A stretch of DNA of 64,000 nucleotides, from contig JAYWIR010000021.1 of assembly GCA_036172245.1 (NCBI GenBank), positions 620,001-684,000 on the forward strand, in the 5' to 3' direction. The stretch is from Raillietiella orientalis. Lineage: Eukaryota. Of the stretch, positions 1 to 12,749 are shown piece by piece. Both the position numbers and the translations under genes were made by a program. The stretch's first letter is position 1, and each line of letters begins with the position of its first letter. The notes beneath the pieces were generated by a model that worked only from the letters and a program-made list of their open reading frames with translations, did no database searches and was not told the origin of the DNA.

Positions 1-199
1 TTCCGCACTTTATGCCATGTGGTGCGTATGGATGCAAACGTTTTTCTTTCTTTCTTTCTTTGGATGCCGAAGCATCCTTGTTAGATTCTTCCTAGGAGTC
101 TCCACCTCTTCGGTTCTCGCGTTCCGGCTGCAGTGCGTGTCCGTTTGGCTTTCTACCCGGCGACTCCTTCTTTCGAAATCTGACCAAGGGCGCTTCTTA

Positions 200-700
200 T
201 TCTCCATCCACATCATCCCTCTTCCGAGAGTGCTTGCCCCGCTTGCCGCACAGCAGTTACCTCGACAGCTCCATCTCTTGCGGAGCCGCAGAAACACACA
301 TTTTACTCCCCATTAGCAAACTGGTGCCACACATTACATCCGACGTGAAAGGTGTTCGCCAGTGTGCTTCACCATGCAGTCCCTACCGTGTTGAACACCA
401 TTCTTGTTTCGGACAGTCACGCAGCTTTCAGGAACGCGAGCATTCGAAAGACGCTCGACTGCACTCGGCTGCCCGGATACCGAAGAAGGAAACACGTCAC
501 TCCTCAAGGAAGAATGTCCTTTTTCGTTTGCTTATCTGTTTCCACCTGGTCAGCTCCTTGTGCCCCTTCGCGATCGGCCGATAAAAATGGACGTCCTTCT
601 TCTCGTACAGTCTTCTTAGGAGGGCTGCCCTAGGGAGATGTTTCTTCCGCATCAGTCGAGTCACCAAGCTATGATTGAGCGGAGAAGGACGGAAGAGGAG
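200..700 (-). mobile_element. Decayed L1/Tx1-like LINE ORF1 fragment (zinc-knuckle region)
   Basis: Minus strand reads ...GEAHWRTPF...ELSR*LLCGKRGKH, resembling the CxxCGxxGH knuckle of L1/Tx1 ORF1. It has a stop at the expected first Cys; boundaries are approximate. Confidence 0.3.
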
Positions 701-1774
701 CGCGCAGTACCCCTCGTGTGAGGAGCAGAAAGGGGTGGAGGGAAGGAGAAAAGCTTCTATCCTTGCGGAAGCGCGGCAATCAGTTCTCTGAAACTCTCTG
801 AAATGAGCTCCTACATCGGTGAAGTATCACATTCCGTGCTTTCCTCAAGAGCAGAGCTTCCTTGCGCTTCCGCTCCGCCCCCTCCTTGGCGAGCTTCGTC
901 CCGAAAAATAAGAAGAGCGATCTTTCCCTCCCTCTCTCCCTCTCTCTCCCTACGGACGCAGGACAGCGCAGGTGCTGCCGATCGAGCATTACCCGGGGAT
1001 CCCAGCGTTAGGTTGAGAGTGCAGGGAACAGATGTTGTTCTTCCTGCCGCAGAAATATCTAAGATAAAAGTAGAATGAGAGCTGCTGCATGGAAAGGAGG
1101 CTGACCACCTTTCATGACCTCTCTCTCCATCCCCCGAAATTCAGTGCGGAATTGGTGCAAAGTCTGGATTCCCTGGACATCATGTCATCGTCACTCCTTT
1201 CGCATCTTTGAGCGGAGTTGGAGGAAAGAAGGAAGGCAAACCTGAGATGAAGGCATGAAAGAGAGGATCTGTTGCGAAGAAGAACAGCCGCAGACATGGG
1301 GGACGGGTGCCATTCTTCCAGGAAGTTGCTGAAACGAGCGTTCTCGCGTTTCCCGAGCACAGCTGTTCCGTGCCGGTACGGGTCAAGACAGGGGCGTGAC
1401 CTCTGGTGCAGGAACGACAGATCCCTCGCTGCTGTGTCTCTGTGCGTGCTTCCCGCTCTGTTTCTTCCCTACTTTTGTTCCAATCACCCTCCCCCCTCCC
1501 CCAGAGCTAGCCCGAGATCCGAAACCGTTCCGATGCGCACATTCCCGCGCAGCTGCGCGCGATTTGATGCCTTCGACTTGATCAGCGCGCGCTGACGGAA
1601 AATCGTGGTCGAGTTCGCGTCCGCAGCAACCGGCGGTCACCGGAACTCCGTGAGACGAAAAGCCCGTGCCCTGTACCGAGGAGTTCCAGAAAGGAGACGG
1701 TGAACCCTGGGCAGGCCAACGTCTGCGAGGATGACCTTCACGTAGCATCGCTGCTGCGCCGTCGCCTTATCGAT

Positions 1775-1864
1775 GGCGCACGTCAGATTTTAATGTTAAA
1801 TTAATATTGATTTTTAAAGTATTTATGAGTGGAATGTCTCAGACCGGCTTCTCGGACGTGCGCC
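1775..1864. mobile_element. Putative 90-bp MITE-like element
   Basis: Perfect 10-bp terminal inverted repeats GGCGCACGTC (1775-1784) and GACGTGCGCC (1855-1864) enclose an AT-rich core within GC-rich flanks. No clear TSD. Confidence 0.4.
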
Positions 1865-2549
1865 CCCTCTCTTGACTCACCACCCGGGGCTTACGCCAGG
1901 AGTCACTATAAAAGGGAACCAGGCTGATGGGTTCCCAGTAGGCTCGATCTCTGCTGAGAGGTTCTCCCGGGAAGGAACCACATCCACTCTGCATCCGGAG
2001 ATTCCTCGCGGATCAGTCGGAACGCTGCTCATCGCAGATGCTCCCGGGAGCCCCCATGGACCTGCCGGGGAAGGCAGCTGGACCCTAACATGAGTTTCGG
2101 GGTGGCTGAAGGCCTGCAGCCTTCCTGGTGGCGTCTCACAGGTCAGATGGCCAGCTGACCATTCGGGTCCCAACCACGATGAGCCGAGGCGGCTTCATCT
2201 CCGCTTCACTGGGAGGTCGCTCTGGCGAACCGGTTGGGATGGCCGAAGCTCCTTCTTGTCGCCGAGCGCCTTTGCCTCTCGGCCTCGCAGGCCGCGCCCA
2301 CGGTTGCGCGGCTCCGCGCGCATTCGCCGCATTTGGATACATGCAGATGAAGACCGCTCGATGGCGGGTGGGTGGGAAGAAGAAGGAGGAAGAGGGAGAC
2401 CACCGAATGGACGCCCTACTCGGGAGATTTGGGAAAGGAGTGCGGGGAAAGAAATTTCCTTCGGAGAGTTTTCGCTCTTCTCCAGCTTCGATGCTGACGC
2501 AGGGTAGGGACCCACAGCGGGGATGTTCGAGGGTGAGAAGAGGTTTCCT

Positions 2550-4100
2550 CGTTGAAGCGAGATCGTCGTGTTGACCGGAGCTCACTCCTCTAGCATTCGA
2601 ACCAACAACTCTTGGCTCTCTATGCCCCGGGGCGTTCGCTTCCAGGTCGACCCTCTGGAGAGTTTCGGTGCCGAGCGCGGGCTCCGTTTGTTGTCTTGGT
2701 CTTGTCTTCCGCATACTCGGGTCTGCTCCCAGCTGTTCGGAGGGTCTCCTAGCCGGGTGCATCCAGCAGATACACCAGCCTTGATGACTGCAGACGGCTT
2801 ATGGTTGTGGTTATGGAGATGCCATCTTGCTTCCTTGGAGTTTCCAACTATTGCAGAACATTGTCCCTGCTGAGATCCGAGCGCCTCAAGGAACATCAAG
2901 ATGGAAGTTCAGGGAGCCTTTTGATTCCAATGCTGTGGAGGTCCACCACAACGCAGACAGTGTGACAGCCGCGCAGATGCGTGGAAGCGAGCGAGCGTGT
3001 TGCCAGAGACCACGCAGAGAGGCGTCCGCATGCCTTCTGCCTCACGGGGAGATTCCAGATTCAACCAGTCGAATTGGCCTCCTCATCTCTTCGCGGTCCA
3101 CCTCCTGGGGAAGATGGGATCCGAATCGAATCATGGCCCCTGACCTGGAATCCTATGAGCCCTCGAATGGCCATCAAGGAATGCGTGACCTTCGTGACTC
3201 TTCTTCGGAGGCGGTTCGTTCGACGCGCAGCCCACACCCGTCGGAGATCTTTTGCTCTGCAGGCTCACCGTCTTGGAAACGTCCGGCGGCAGGTTTTCGT
3301 GGGGAAAACCCTCCCAGAATGGTTGTCTTGGGCAGAACAGGTTCCGTTGAGGCTCAGGGAAGAAACAGGAGTGACTTCCATTTGTCATAGAGCTGGAAGC
3401 GTAGCAACTGCTCGCATCCCTCGCCGTCTTTGAAGAAGAGCCTTCATCTTCTGACCTTCCGTCGTCTCCCCAATCCAGCTTTCGATTGCCCTTGGCTCAT
3501 GTTTTGCAACTGCGCTTGAGTCATGGTTCCCATTTGATACCTCATTCATGATGGCTGCAGGATCTCTCAGAGACGCTTCCAGATCTACGACGGATCAGAA
3601 GGAATCCTCCCTCTTCCGATCAGGAGAGCGGTCTCGAGAACACATCGAGGAAACTCCAGTTCGTTCTGCAAGGACTCTTCCCGAAGATCAGCCGCTCTAG
3701 ATATCGATGGGCTGCCGCTCCCGAACGTGTAGGGTCCCCCCCCCCCCATTTCGGTGTCCTCATTATCACCGCCTCCATGCCGAGAAGAGAACCCGCGCTC
3801 CAGGCAAAAGATGTGCTCGGCGCCTTGGAAGCAATGATGGCAAGATGGATGACACGTTGGCTTGCCGGTACGCGGCCGAGGAACTCGGCGGGAGCCGCCG
3901 ATCCTTGACGATAACTCCGTCTTGGGAAGTTCATCCGCCTCCGCATACCGTCAGAAACGAACCGGGAATTTCAGATCTGTGGAAGAACAAGCCGTTGCTA
4001 CGCTATTAGGGGTGATGAGTCTCTCTGGCAAGCGCGTCCTCGGCAGTAGAGGGAGGCCGGCAAGCAGCGTGTCCGTAGGATTTCCCTCGACCCCGCCGGG
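2550..4100 (-). mobile_element. Decayed L1/Tx1-like LINE ORF2, RT C-terminal part
   Basis: Frameshifted minus-strand peptides LKFPVRF (KYLG-like), SSRIGG..RTGK (RI..W..LS.GK-like), ANVSSILPSL and SFAWSAG...RTPKWGGG (FxW...PKxxGGLG motif) occur in the expected order. Confidence 0.55.
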
Positions 4101-4719
4101 GCTTCCCCTTCCGGAGATCGGTCGCATCTCCCCATTGCAAAACTGTCGAGGGTAAAAAATTGCGAAAATCCGAGCATGAAAATGCAGAGGGCGTTCGGGT
4201 GATCCTCGTCTGTCGTCTCCGCCCTGATCTTCCCCGACCTTTCTTCCACGCTTCCTCCGCATCCGTTTCCACGTCGAGCTCCTGGTCCTCACTCGGGAGA
4301 AGGAGGGAGGCTTCCATTTATCCCGGATGTGCCCACGCGAACGTTCATCCCCAGCCGCCGACCCCCGCCCGCACAGCGCTTTCCGGAACCTGGCGGAGGA
4401 CGCGCGACCGCGCACGGCGAGTTCCTTCCTTCACGCGTCCAGACGCCCGCGGGGCTCCTATCCCGGGAAAGTTCCAGACAGTCATTCGACTCGAATCAAA
4501 TCAATTAAATCCCACGCATGGGTCCGAGTTCGTCGGTCAAATCGCTTTACGTTGGCTGCGCTACCGCTGATGCTCGTGACGTCAGCCTGTGCGAGAGGTC
4601 AGTACCGGCTCCCGCCTCATTTCCGCGGATCACTCTGCCAAGTGTGTGTGTGGGGGGGGGGGGGGGGAGAGGAAAAAGGGAACCTCGGGGTGCCTCGCGA
4701 CTCTTTCTGAAGTCACAGG

Positions 4720-6370
4720 TCTCGGCGCTCCCGGAATGAGCCCTTTTCGCCTGCGGCTGCCGCCTCGACGGGGTCAGGTCTCCTCCATCCGTCCGGAGTC
4801 GCCGCGGAAGCGCGACGGCGGCTCTTTCCTGCGCTTCCAGACGACCCGAGCACAGCCCTCCTTTCCCCGATCGGGGATCACAGTGGACCGACGTCCCGCG
4901 GCCCTCCGCTTCCAGCCCGCCGTAGATCTCTCTCGGTATTCCAGCACGAGTCCTGCTTCGCCCTCGGAACTCGAGGTGGCGCGACCACCGCACAGCAATT
5001 TTCCCCTCCCTCCGAAGCCCCGCCGCAAGCTTCGATCTGGAGGGGACGCATCCTACCGGAAGCGTCTCGTCCAAATCAGATGGGGTCCGGAGCAGCTGGG
5101 CCGGGAAGGTGACGAGCGTCAGCAGCGAGGCCTCCACCCTTTAACCACCACCCTCCGAGGTGTAAGAAGCACCGGTATCGGAGAACACTTGGAAACAGCT
5201 TTCGCGTCTCACGTTGGTGGTGCCTCCGGCGGTCTGGCGACATGCCCGAAGGCAACGGTCTCGGACTCCTCAAAGGATGCAAATCAGAAGGCTTCGGGGC
5301 ACTCCTCGGCTCGGAAGCAGCGAAGCCCAAAAGGAAACGGAAACCGCCTCAGGGAAAGATCCGACAGCCGCCATTGGACCAGACTGTCGGATCTGAGACC
5401 TTAGCGCAGAATCCGTCAGAGGTCGAAGTCTGATGTCCGATCGGCCTCGGAGCGGCGATGGCCGGATCCGGTGGCGCCTCTTCCTGCATCCTTACGGGAG
5501 GGTCAGTGTCTTTCGAGGAGAGAGGGCGTAGGTGGAGCACCGTCCGCGTTCCGGATGCTGAATCCGCTCCCTCTCCCGCGAGCAGAAACGCACTTCCCCG
5601 TCCCGCGCGACTTGCAGCCTCCCGATCTCGGGATGCTGCGCGGTTCAAGCAGGGGCGCGCCCGAGGAAGATGACATCTAAGGTTCCCGAGAACCTCCGGG
5701 GAGGGTGCGCGATTCCTTCCGGAACTCGCGGAAGCAAAGCGGGTAAAAGCGCGCTTCCCTCCTTGGACGTCTCCACTGCGCGCATCTTTTGCGCCAGGCG
5801 TGCCGGATGCTGGCGACTGATTCCATGTCGTTTCCCGTCGACCTCTCATCCTCCAAGGGCTTTCTGCTTCGGAACGACTTGCCTCCGACCTCGTTTTTTC
5901 CCGCGTCCTCGGTCCCGATTGCTTTCCTCTTGCTCCTCGGCTGCTCCATCCTTTCCAACCCGCCACCACGGCAACGAAAGCGGCTAAGCAGAGACGCGTG
6001 GATCCGTGGCGCGAACGCTCAGTTTCAGGGCAGGTCACGTAGCGGACAGGCGCACCCGAGCTCGGCGGTCAGGTCTGAACCCGAGTCCGTTTAGGGAAAA
6101 CACCGCTAGGCATTCCAGATGCATCTGCCGATGGGCTCGGGGAGCATCCTTCGTGGAACTTCAGGGAGGGAATCCTCCAAGTTCGACTTTCGTCCGCCGC
6201 AGGCGGACTGGCGCTTCCTGCTACCCGGAAGCCGAGAAGAACTCCGCGTGCGGATCGACCACCAGTCCGTGCGTGAAAAGCGGCCGCAACACCCCAGGAC
6301 GGTTCGCAAGACAAAAGATTGGATGCGTGTGTCAAAAAGGTGACTCTGGGTGACCGTTCCACGCAGGACG
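4720..6370 (+). mobile_element. Decayed L1/Tx1-like LINE: ORF1 plus APE endonuclease domain
   Basis: ORF1-like GITVDRR...GDASYRKRLVQIRW...GIGEH (within 4589-5404), then endonuclease motifs NLRG, RIFCARR (IICLQE-like), QADWRFLLPG...RVRIDH (DxWR..P...SRID) and LGDR (SDH-like). Confidence 0.6.
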
Positions 6371-6959
6371 CGAGGACCACGATTCGAAAAAATCCGTAGA
6401 GAAAAGAACGTGGGGTGCGAATAGCCCCTGTTTGTTTACGCTAATCTTCCACCTACGATGCAAGTCCTCTGCGCCGCTATCGACTACATCCACGCGCGCA
6501 AAAGTGGTCCAGGATATTAGGAACGGAGACCGTCCGCCAGTCGAAGTTCCAGCGAACCTCGGGGACCCCAGCCTGCGACCTAGCAAGGCGCAGGTGAAGG
6601 CGCCGAAGAGCTCGAAACTCGAGCGCGCGAGCCGCATGACTGCTCTTCCCCGGTCGACCCACCGCCAGAACGGCGAAAACCGGAGAGGGTGCGCCGCCCC
6701 GCCCACCTCGAAGCGGCGTCCTCCGCATTCGCTGCAACTCCTGCGCGCAGTTCTTCCTCTTGTCCTCCGACGCAAGAGGCAGGGCAAGGATGAGTTCTCT
6801 TTGGTCCTTCCAGAGATGCTCCCCGTGCCGTGTGCCTCCTGCTGTACGTCCACGTCGCCGCTGGGAATGCATGCGAGAGTCGCAATCCGCCTCTGTTACC
6901 GCCGTTGTTCCACGAGATCTTCGGTGGTTCCTCTTCTTGTGATGTTTTATGTCTTTCAG

Positions 6960-9900
6960 GTAAAGGTGATCTTGTTGGCTGTGATATACCCACCTCCTGC
7001 AGCATAGGAGACAGCATAATAAAATGCAGTGCTGACGTGAAAGCGTTGACATACTGTGATCTGAAGTGCATTAACATTATTGGGCTTTGCGAAGTGCTCA
7101 AACTGTATCCTGAATACCAAGAGCTTTTCTGCAACGAGATCCTTCATGATCTCACCTATAACCTACGGGAAGGGTTTGGCATAGAGGTGAGATCCTTCTT
7201 CATGATTTTTCCGGTTGCAAGAACGAGTCCATTCCGTCGCCTGCGTTCCCGGCTGGCGAAGGGGGAACTGCTTTTCCAGAGCCAGGAGGATCCAGCAGGG
7301 ACGCAACGACACGCTTCAAGCATGGGATGCAACGGTTTTCTTCCGAACAGGAAGACACAGATGGAGCCGAGCCATCCGGACGAAAGCGCACGGACCATTT
7401 ATCACCTACTCTGCCCATTTTTATTTTTTTTCGCTCTGTACCACAAATCAAGTTTATCTGAAATGGCGGCAGTTTTCGCTCATCTAAAGACGATTAGCAG
7501 CAACAGACGGATCCGCAGCAAGCCCTATCGATTGAAAGGAGGAGGAGGAAGAAAAAAAAAAAAGTCCTGAAAAGATTTTCTCCCATTCCAATTGCGCGCA
7601 TCCTGTTTATCTTAAAGTTTGGCCTTACCCTGTTTACCACGTCGTCGAAGGCGAAATTGCCAGAACTCCTTCCGTTGCGATCGGTTTCCCTGAACGGCCC
7701 GCAGCTGAGCAACGGGGAAACGTCGGATAGCAGCAGAGGCGGAAGAGCCGCGCCTCACGCGGTTGCATTCCATTACGCTGCAGAAATCCCAGAGAACAGT
7801 GGACCAGGATGAGCGTCCTGTTGTGCGGTTCAAAAATCAGTTCCGTTTTTTTTTTTTTTTTTCTTTCCTTCTCCTCCTTCTTCTTTTCCTAAAGGATCGA
7901 TCGGTGCTCATTATGGCTGATAGATCGTGTGGTTTGCAAATGAAATGCTCCGCAGCTCTGAAGCAGCCACCGTTTCCGGAGAAGAAAGAACGCAAATCTG
8001 TAGCAAGCGCGGCGGTTATCTGTCTGCCTCTCCGTGAACGCCGCGTGCACTTTGGAGCAAATTGCTTTTGCTTCCCGAATCCTCTCGTTCTCTTTGATGG
8101 ATTCGGATGATCACTTGGATTCCGCATCGCATTTTAAACCTGTGTGCGCTCATAATTATGACACGGCAGATGTTTCCAAATTGTAGAAACCTAATGAAAT
8201 TGGATTCCACTCTCTGCCATAAGATTGATGCTGTGCAGTGGTATCGGGAAACTCACGAGATCTCTCAGGATATGCCTTTTGACAGTAACGATTTTTCAAT
8301 AGGTGGGCAAACAGATGGATGGGGGGCCTTTTGTTATTGTGCTCGTTAGTCTACGTTTCGATTGGCGTCCATCATGCGAGGAACCTCCATGAGGCTCCCT
8401 CCAAGATGACCGAATCGGGCCGGGGCATGCCGCGCGTGTGCTCCGGGCGCATGGCTGGTCGCGGGGGCGACACCGCCGCCTTCGATGGTGCGCCGTTCCC
8501 GCAAGGAAACGCGCGCCTCCAGGGGCGCCACCGCCCCCCCGACTTTGGGAACCACGGAAACGGGGAAGACGTTCGCCGGAGCGGCCTGCGGGATGATGAT
8601 GACGAAGCGAAACGGAATCCGCGAGCACGGCGGAAAGCGCTGTCCGATGGTCACATGACGGACACGTTCGAAGAACCACTAATGTCGTGCAAATCCAATG
8701 AAGGGAGACAAGAGTCAACACGTGCGAGATTTGAGGGACCGGCGCGCTGAAGATGTGTTGAAATTCAAGGCAGAATCCGCAGGACTTGCCGGGGACGCCG
8801 TTTCCATGGCTTCCGCGCACGCAAACCATGGGCAACAAATGAATCAAAACAAATGACTTCGCGTTGTGTAAAGGAACATATCCAGCAAGGAATTGCAGCA
8901 GTCATACAAGAAATTATGACGGCAAGAAGGGAAATGGATGGTGGGATTCGGAAAGGATCACGTGCAGCGGGGAAAAGTCGACTGTCTGGTCCAAAGATGA
9001 GAAGATTCGGAAGCGTCAGGTGCATTCTGTTCCGAACTCGGATGTTTACTTACGGGGGATTAAGCCGTCTAGAGTTTTCCCCTCCAGAGGAGCAGGACTG
9101 CTGCTGCGGGAGATGTAACGGAAAGGATGTTCCCATTCAATTTTTTTAAAGGATGGAGGATGCAACACGACCGCGGAAACCGGAAGAGAATTTCCCCTGG
9201 AAGCAACGCGGATGGGCAAAGTGGGAACCGCTTCGAGGTGGTAGCGGAAGCGAAAAGGTCCATCGGTGATGATGCGGGGATGAAATGCGCCCTGCTTGCG
9301 CTTTTAACGGTCGGTCGCCTTGCACGGTCGTGTATCTTCATGGACCCTTTCTGCCGTCATCATCATCTCTTGTCTGGCGGTCCGCAAGCGCCGCAGAGGT
9401 CCAAGTGAAGCAGAAGTGGGACCTCCAAGCACCAGGCCCTATACCGTCTTTCCACGTGCCCTGATGATACCTCAGGTCGCATGCCTGGGAGGGTTTTTCC
9501 GCCTACATTCCACACACGGTGTTCGAGGTGTTCGCCGAAGGCCTCCTAGCCGTCGCGCGCTCGTTTTTGTTTCCCATGAGACTGCTTCTCTACCTCCCAT
9601 TCGAGGAATGCACCGCACGGTGTACAGTGAGCGGGGAACCTCGCGCTCCTGAGTAGGCGCTCGCGAATTCCGGCCGCCTCCAACGTCCTCGAACGCTTCT
9701 TCGGCGACCGGATGTGTCCGATTTGCCTGGGGGCTCCCAGAGCCGCGACTCCGAGTCCATGGCCGGGTCGCATCTCCAAGCTCAGAGGCTTCCTGGGAAA
9801 CCGATGCGCTTCGTCTCCTTGGCAACCGTCTGTGGAGAGAGGGAGGTACTGCGGTTAGGAGCGTGGATCCTCCCCCTGAATGGAGCTTTCGGCCCGCGTG

Positions 9901-12209
9901 GGCGGCCAAGCATCGCGAGTTCGAATCCCGCCTCCGTCAGGGGAGGGATCTACCGCGCCAGAGATATGGGGGTGAGCCGTGGGGTCTCGCAGGGTGACCT
10001 TGGTTGGTTGGCCCACTGGCTTCGGGTGAAGCACTGGTGGAAGCCATATGTCCTCGATGACCGGCCTGGGTCCTTCCAGGAATTAAGGAGCCGTCTCCCC
10101 TTCGGGGTTGCTCCCCCCCTCCGGTTGAAGGAAAACGGAGACGACCCCTTCCTATCGGGAAGACCCTCCACCGCGTGCCACCGAGCTAGCTGGTAGACCA
10201 GCTCCTCGGGCGGCTGCTGCTCCAGAATGTCAGGAAGAAGGGCGCTGATCCCTTTGGAGAATAACCCTTCAGGGGAGGAGGAAACCAGGAGCGATCGGCT
10301 CCTTCGAGGGTTCCCTCCGGAGAAGAAACTCGGGAGCAGGTCCTTGCCTTGGGTACCCTTGGAAAAAGAAACGAGGAGTGGTCCCACTTCTGGGGGTTCC
10401 CTCCGGAAAGAATGAGGAAGAAGAGGTTCTCCTTCGGGGTTCCCTTCGGGGACAACCGAGACGAGGCGATCCCTTCCAGGGTCTCCTCCCAAGAGTGAGA
10501 GGAACGGGACTCTTTTCCTCCGGATCCCTCCGGGATTCATAGGGCCTCCTACCCTCCTGATTCCAGGGCGGTCCCTCCAGGGTTTTCCCCTAGAAATTGA
10601 AGAGTCACACTCACCCTCGGGTGGCGTGGGCGGCGTCTCCTCTAAGGGGGCGGACGGTCCTTCAGGACTCCTTGGGAGCCAATAAAAAGAAAACCCGAAA
10701 AAAAAGGAAAATCTGGGAGGAAGCATCGAGAAGAGAACCCAAAGGAGTTTCCATCATGGGAAGCGACCCTGCGGCCTGCTCCGCACCTGTTTCCGCCTGA
10801 CAAAGGGGCGCACTAGGGATCCGGAGTCAGCCGAAGCTTTGCAGCCTCCTCTCTTCGCAGAAGAAATGGGTTCCCATTACGCCGCGTGCTCACAAGAGGT
10901 TCCTGATCGGCTGGGATCGATCCTGGCTCCATCGCAGGCGCTTCCTACGGGGAGGAGGAGGAGGAGGAAGAGGAGCAGGGGGAGGAGAGGGATCCTTTTG
11001 TTCGACTCATCTGGCAGCTGGCCTCCCGAAGACAAGCTGGCAGTCGTCCTCAATCCTCATCCCGTGCGCCCCGGAAAAGCGTCGATCATCGGCGCGAGGG
11101 AAAGAGGAGAGGGAGGAGGAGGAGAGGAATCCTAGGCGAAAAGAGGGGAAGGGGAGGACTCTCGGAGCAGGAATGCGCAGGTGCACGGTGGGAAAATCGA
11201 GGAAGGCCGTCTCCATGGCATTGTCTCGCAGAGCGGGCGTCCTCTGGGACGGCTGGATGCTTGCGCGCGGGGCTGCGGGACGCAGCGGAACCGGCGGCGA
11301 GCCGGAGGTGGTCGCGCGGAGCGAGCGTGCCAGCTCGGATGCAGCAGCACCCGCCGCTTCGGCGTGCGCCTGTTCCCGTCGGCCTCCCAGGTGCCGGAGG
11401 GGATTTCTCCGAACCTGCGGGCACTCGGAAGCGGCTAGATCCTCGTCGGCGTGGCTTCGGGAGCCGAGGGAGTCGGAAAAAGGAGAGAGAGGGCAGGAGG
11501 AAGGGGAGTGCTGACCGGCTGGAGCTCGAGAGGAGGCCCGGCGCAGACGGCGCCCCCCTCGGGCGGGCGAGGGCGCCCTCCCCTCCTTGATATAACGACG
11601 GCGCGCGTCCGAGTTGCGGGTTCTCCACCGGAGCCGAGCTCTCCTGCTCCGAATCGGCGGCTCCGGAGCGCGCGCCAATTCGGAGCATCGGCCGAGCAGG
11701 CACCTCCCGTCCCTCCCTCGCTTCCTGATCCCAGCGAACAGGCGCGAGCGTGATCTCCTCTTCTGCTTCCAGCAATACGAGCCCAACGGCATGCCTTCGC
11801 TGACCCTGCCGTCCATAAGCGAGGAGGACGACGACGAAAGCAGCGAGGAGGACGCCTCCCCCCAGTCCCCGAAGTCGCTGAACTTCCACCGGGAGCGAAG
11901 ATCCACCTTGAGACCCTCTCTGAGGTTTCCCCCTCTTCTTGGCCTTCCGCGCTGGCGATAAAGAAGGAAGAAAAGATTCATGTTGACTCGCGCTGCGTGC
12001 CTTCTTCCGGATTCCTCTACTACCTGTCTCTTTCTCTTTCCATGGCACACGCAAGACGTCGGGCGAAGGACAAGGATGTGCTACGGCATTCCCCAGCGGT
12101 GCACTCCCGCAATTCCGCGGAGTCGTTCCTGGACGACAGGAACTGCCTGGAGAAGATCGAAGGCCTCGTGTCGAGTCTGTACCAGCACTTCAACATGTTG
12201 GGAGACGAG
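6960..12209 (+). CDS. Elk: Elk-type (KCNH/ether-a-go-go-like) voltage-gated K+ channel, three internal 3' exons (partial gene)
   Basis: Exon 6960-7186: GKGDLVGCD...[17 protein letters not shown]...[26 protein letters not shown] (cNBHD). Exon 11773-11924: [21 protein letters not shown] (Elk LPSISE motif). Exon 12056-12209: ...[21 protein letters not shown] (C-terminal coiled coil). All have AG/GT boundaries with compatible phases. Upstream exons and the terminal exon were not identified. Confidence 0.88.
8850..9700 (+). mobile_element. Possible highly decayed Penelope-like element in the Elk intron
   Basis: Fragments [12 protein letters not shown] (RT F.F.G-like), [11 protein letters not shown] (YL...S.HP-like) and [10 protein letters not shown]...[11 protein letters not shown] (GIY-YIG-like) occur in the expected order. 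Similarity is weak. Confidence 0.3.
9850..9939 (+). pseudogene. tRNA-like (Ser/Leu type) degenerate sequence or SINE head
   Basis: GCGGTTAGGAGCGTGGA (A-box/D-arm-like), GCCCGCGTGGG, and a B-box GAGTTCGAATCCCGCC followed by TCCGTCA. No intact cloverleaf. Confidence 0.35.
10060..10710 (-). repeat. Degenerate ~40-45-nt tandem hairpin-repeat array with T-rich leader
   Basis: About 10 units resembling TCCGGAGGGAACCCCGAAGGGGACCGCTCCTCGTTTCTTC on the minus strand; homologous to 40810-41270. Confidence 0.7.
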
Positions 12210-12749
12210 GTCGGTGCAACTCTCGCGGGCTCCTCCCGGAATGCTCCCTCTGCTGAAGCGAACTTCCCGCCCTGCTCTTCGCCACGCGACTCCTCCCCCT
12301 CTTCGGGAAGGAGCCGCGATAAGATTGCTCCCAAGTCCCGGCCGGTCACAGCAAAAAAAGTCTTCTTCCTGAGAGCGGTCGCGGCAGCAGCTAACGTCTC
12401 TGTTCCTGTCCTCCACGGCTGGAGCTGAAAGGGTTCGAGTGTCTCCGGGCGACCAGGGGCGCGCGCTTCCGGGCATGCGTCGGTGTGCGCGTCCAGAGCT
12501 GCAGATGAACACTTTTGTCGCTCGCCGCCATTTTCTACCGCCGTCCGACTTCCTCGATTGGAGCTGCTGCGGAGGCTGTTATCCCGCATAAGACAGAGAG
12601 CTCGTGCGTTCTCTTCGGCACACTCTCGGTGGCACCTCGTGCGAGCCATCTCACGAGAAGGATCTCCGGAAGCGGAATTCGAGATGAAGGTTGTTTGGAG
12701 GAGGAGCAGGTGAAGGGGCGTGGCTTTCTAAAGAGAGGACAACTTCCCC

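Noticed and set aside
10060..10710. CRISPR-like array interpretation of the hairpin repeats
   Set aside because: Units are highly degenerate with no constant repeat and unique spacer alternation, there are no cas genes, and the context is eukaryotic.
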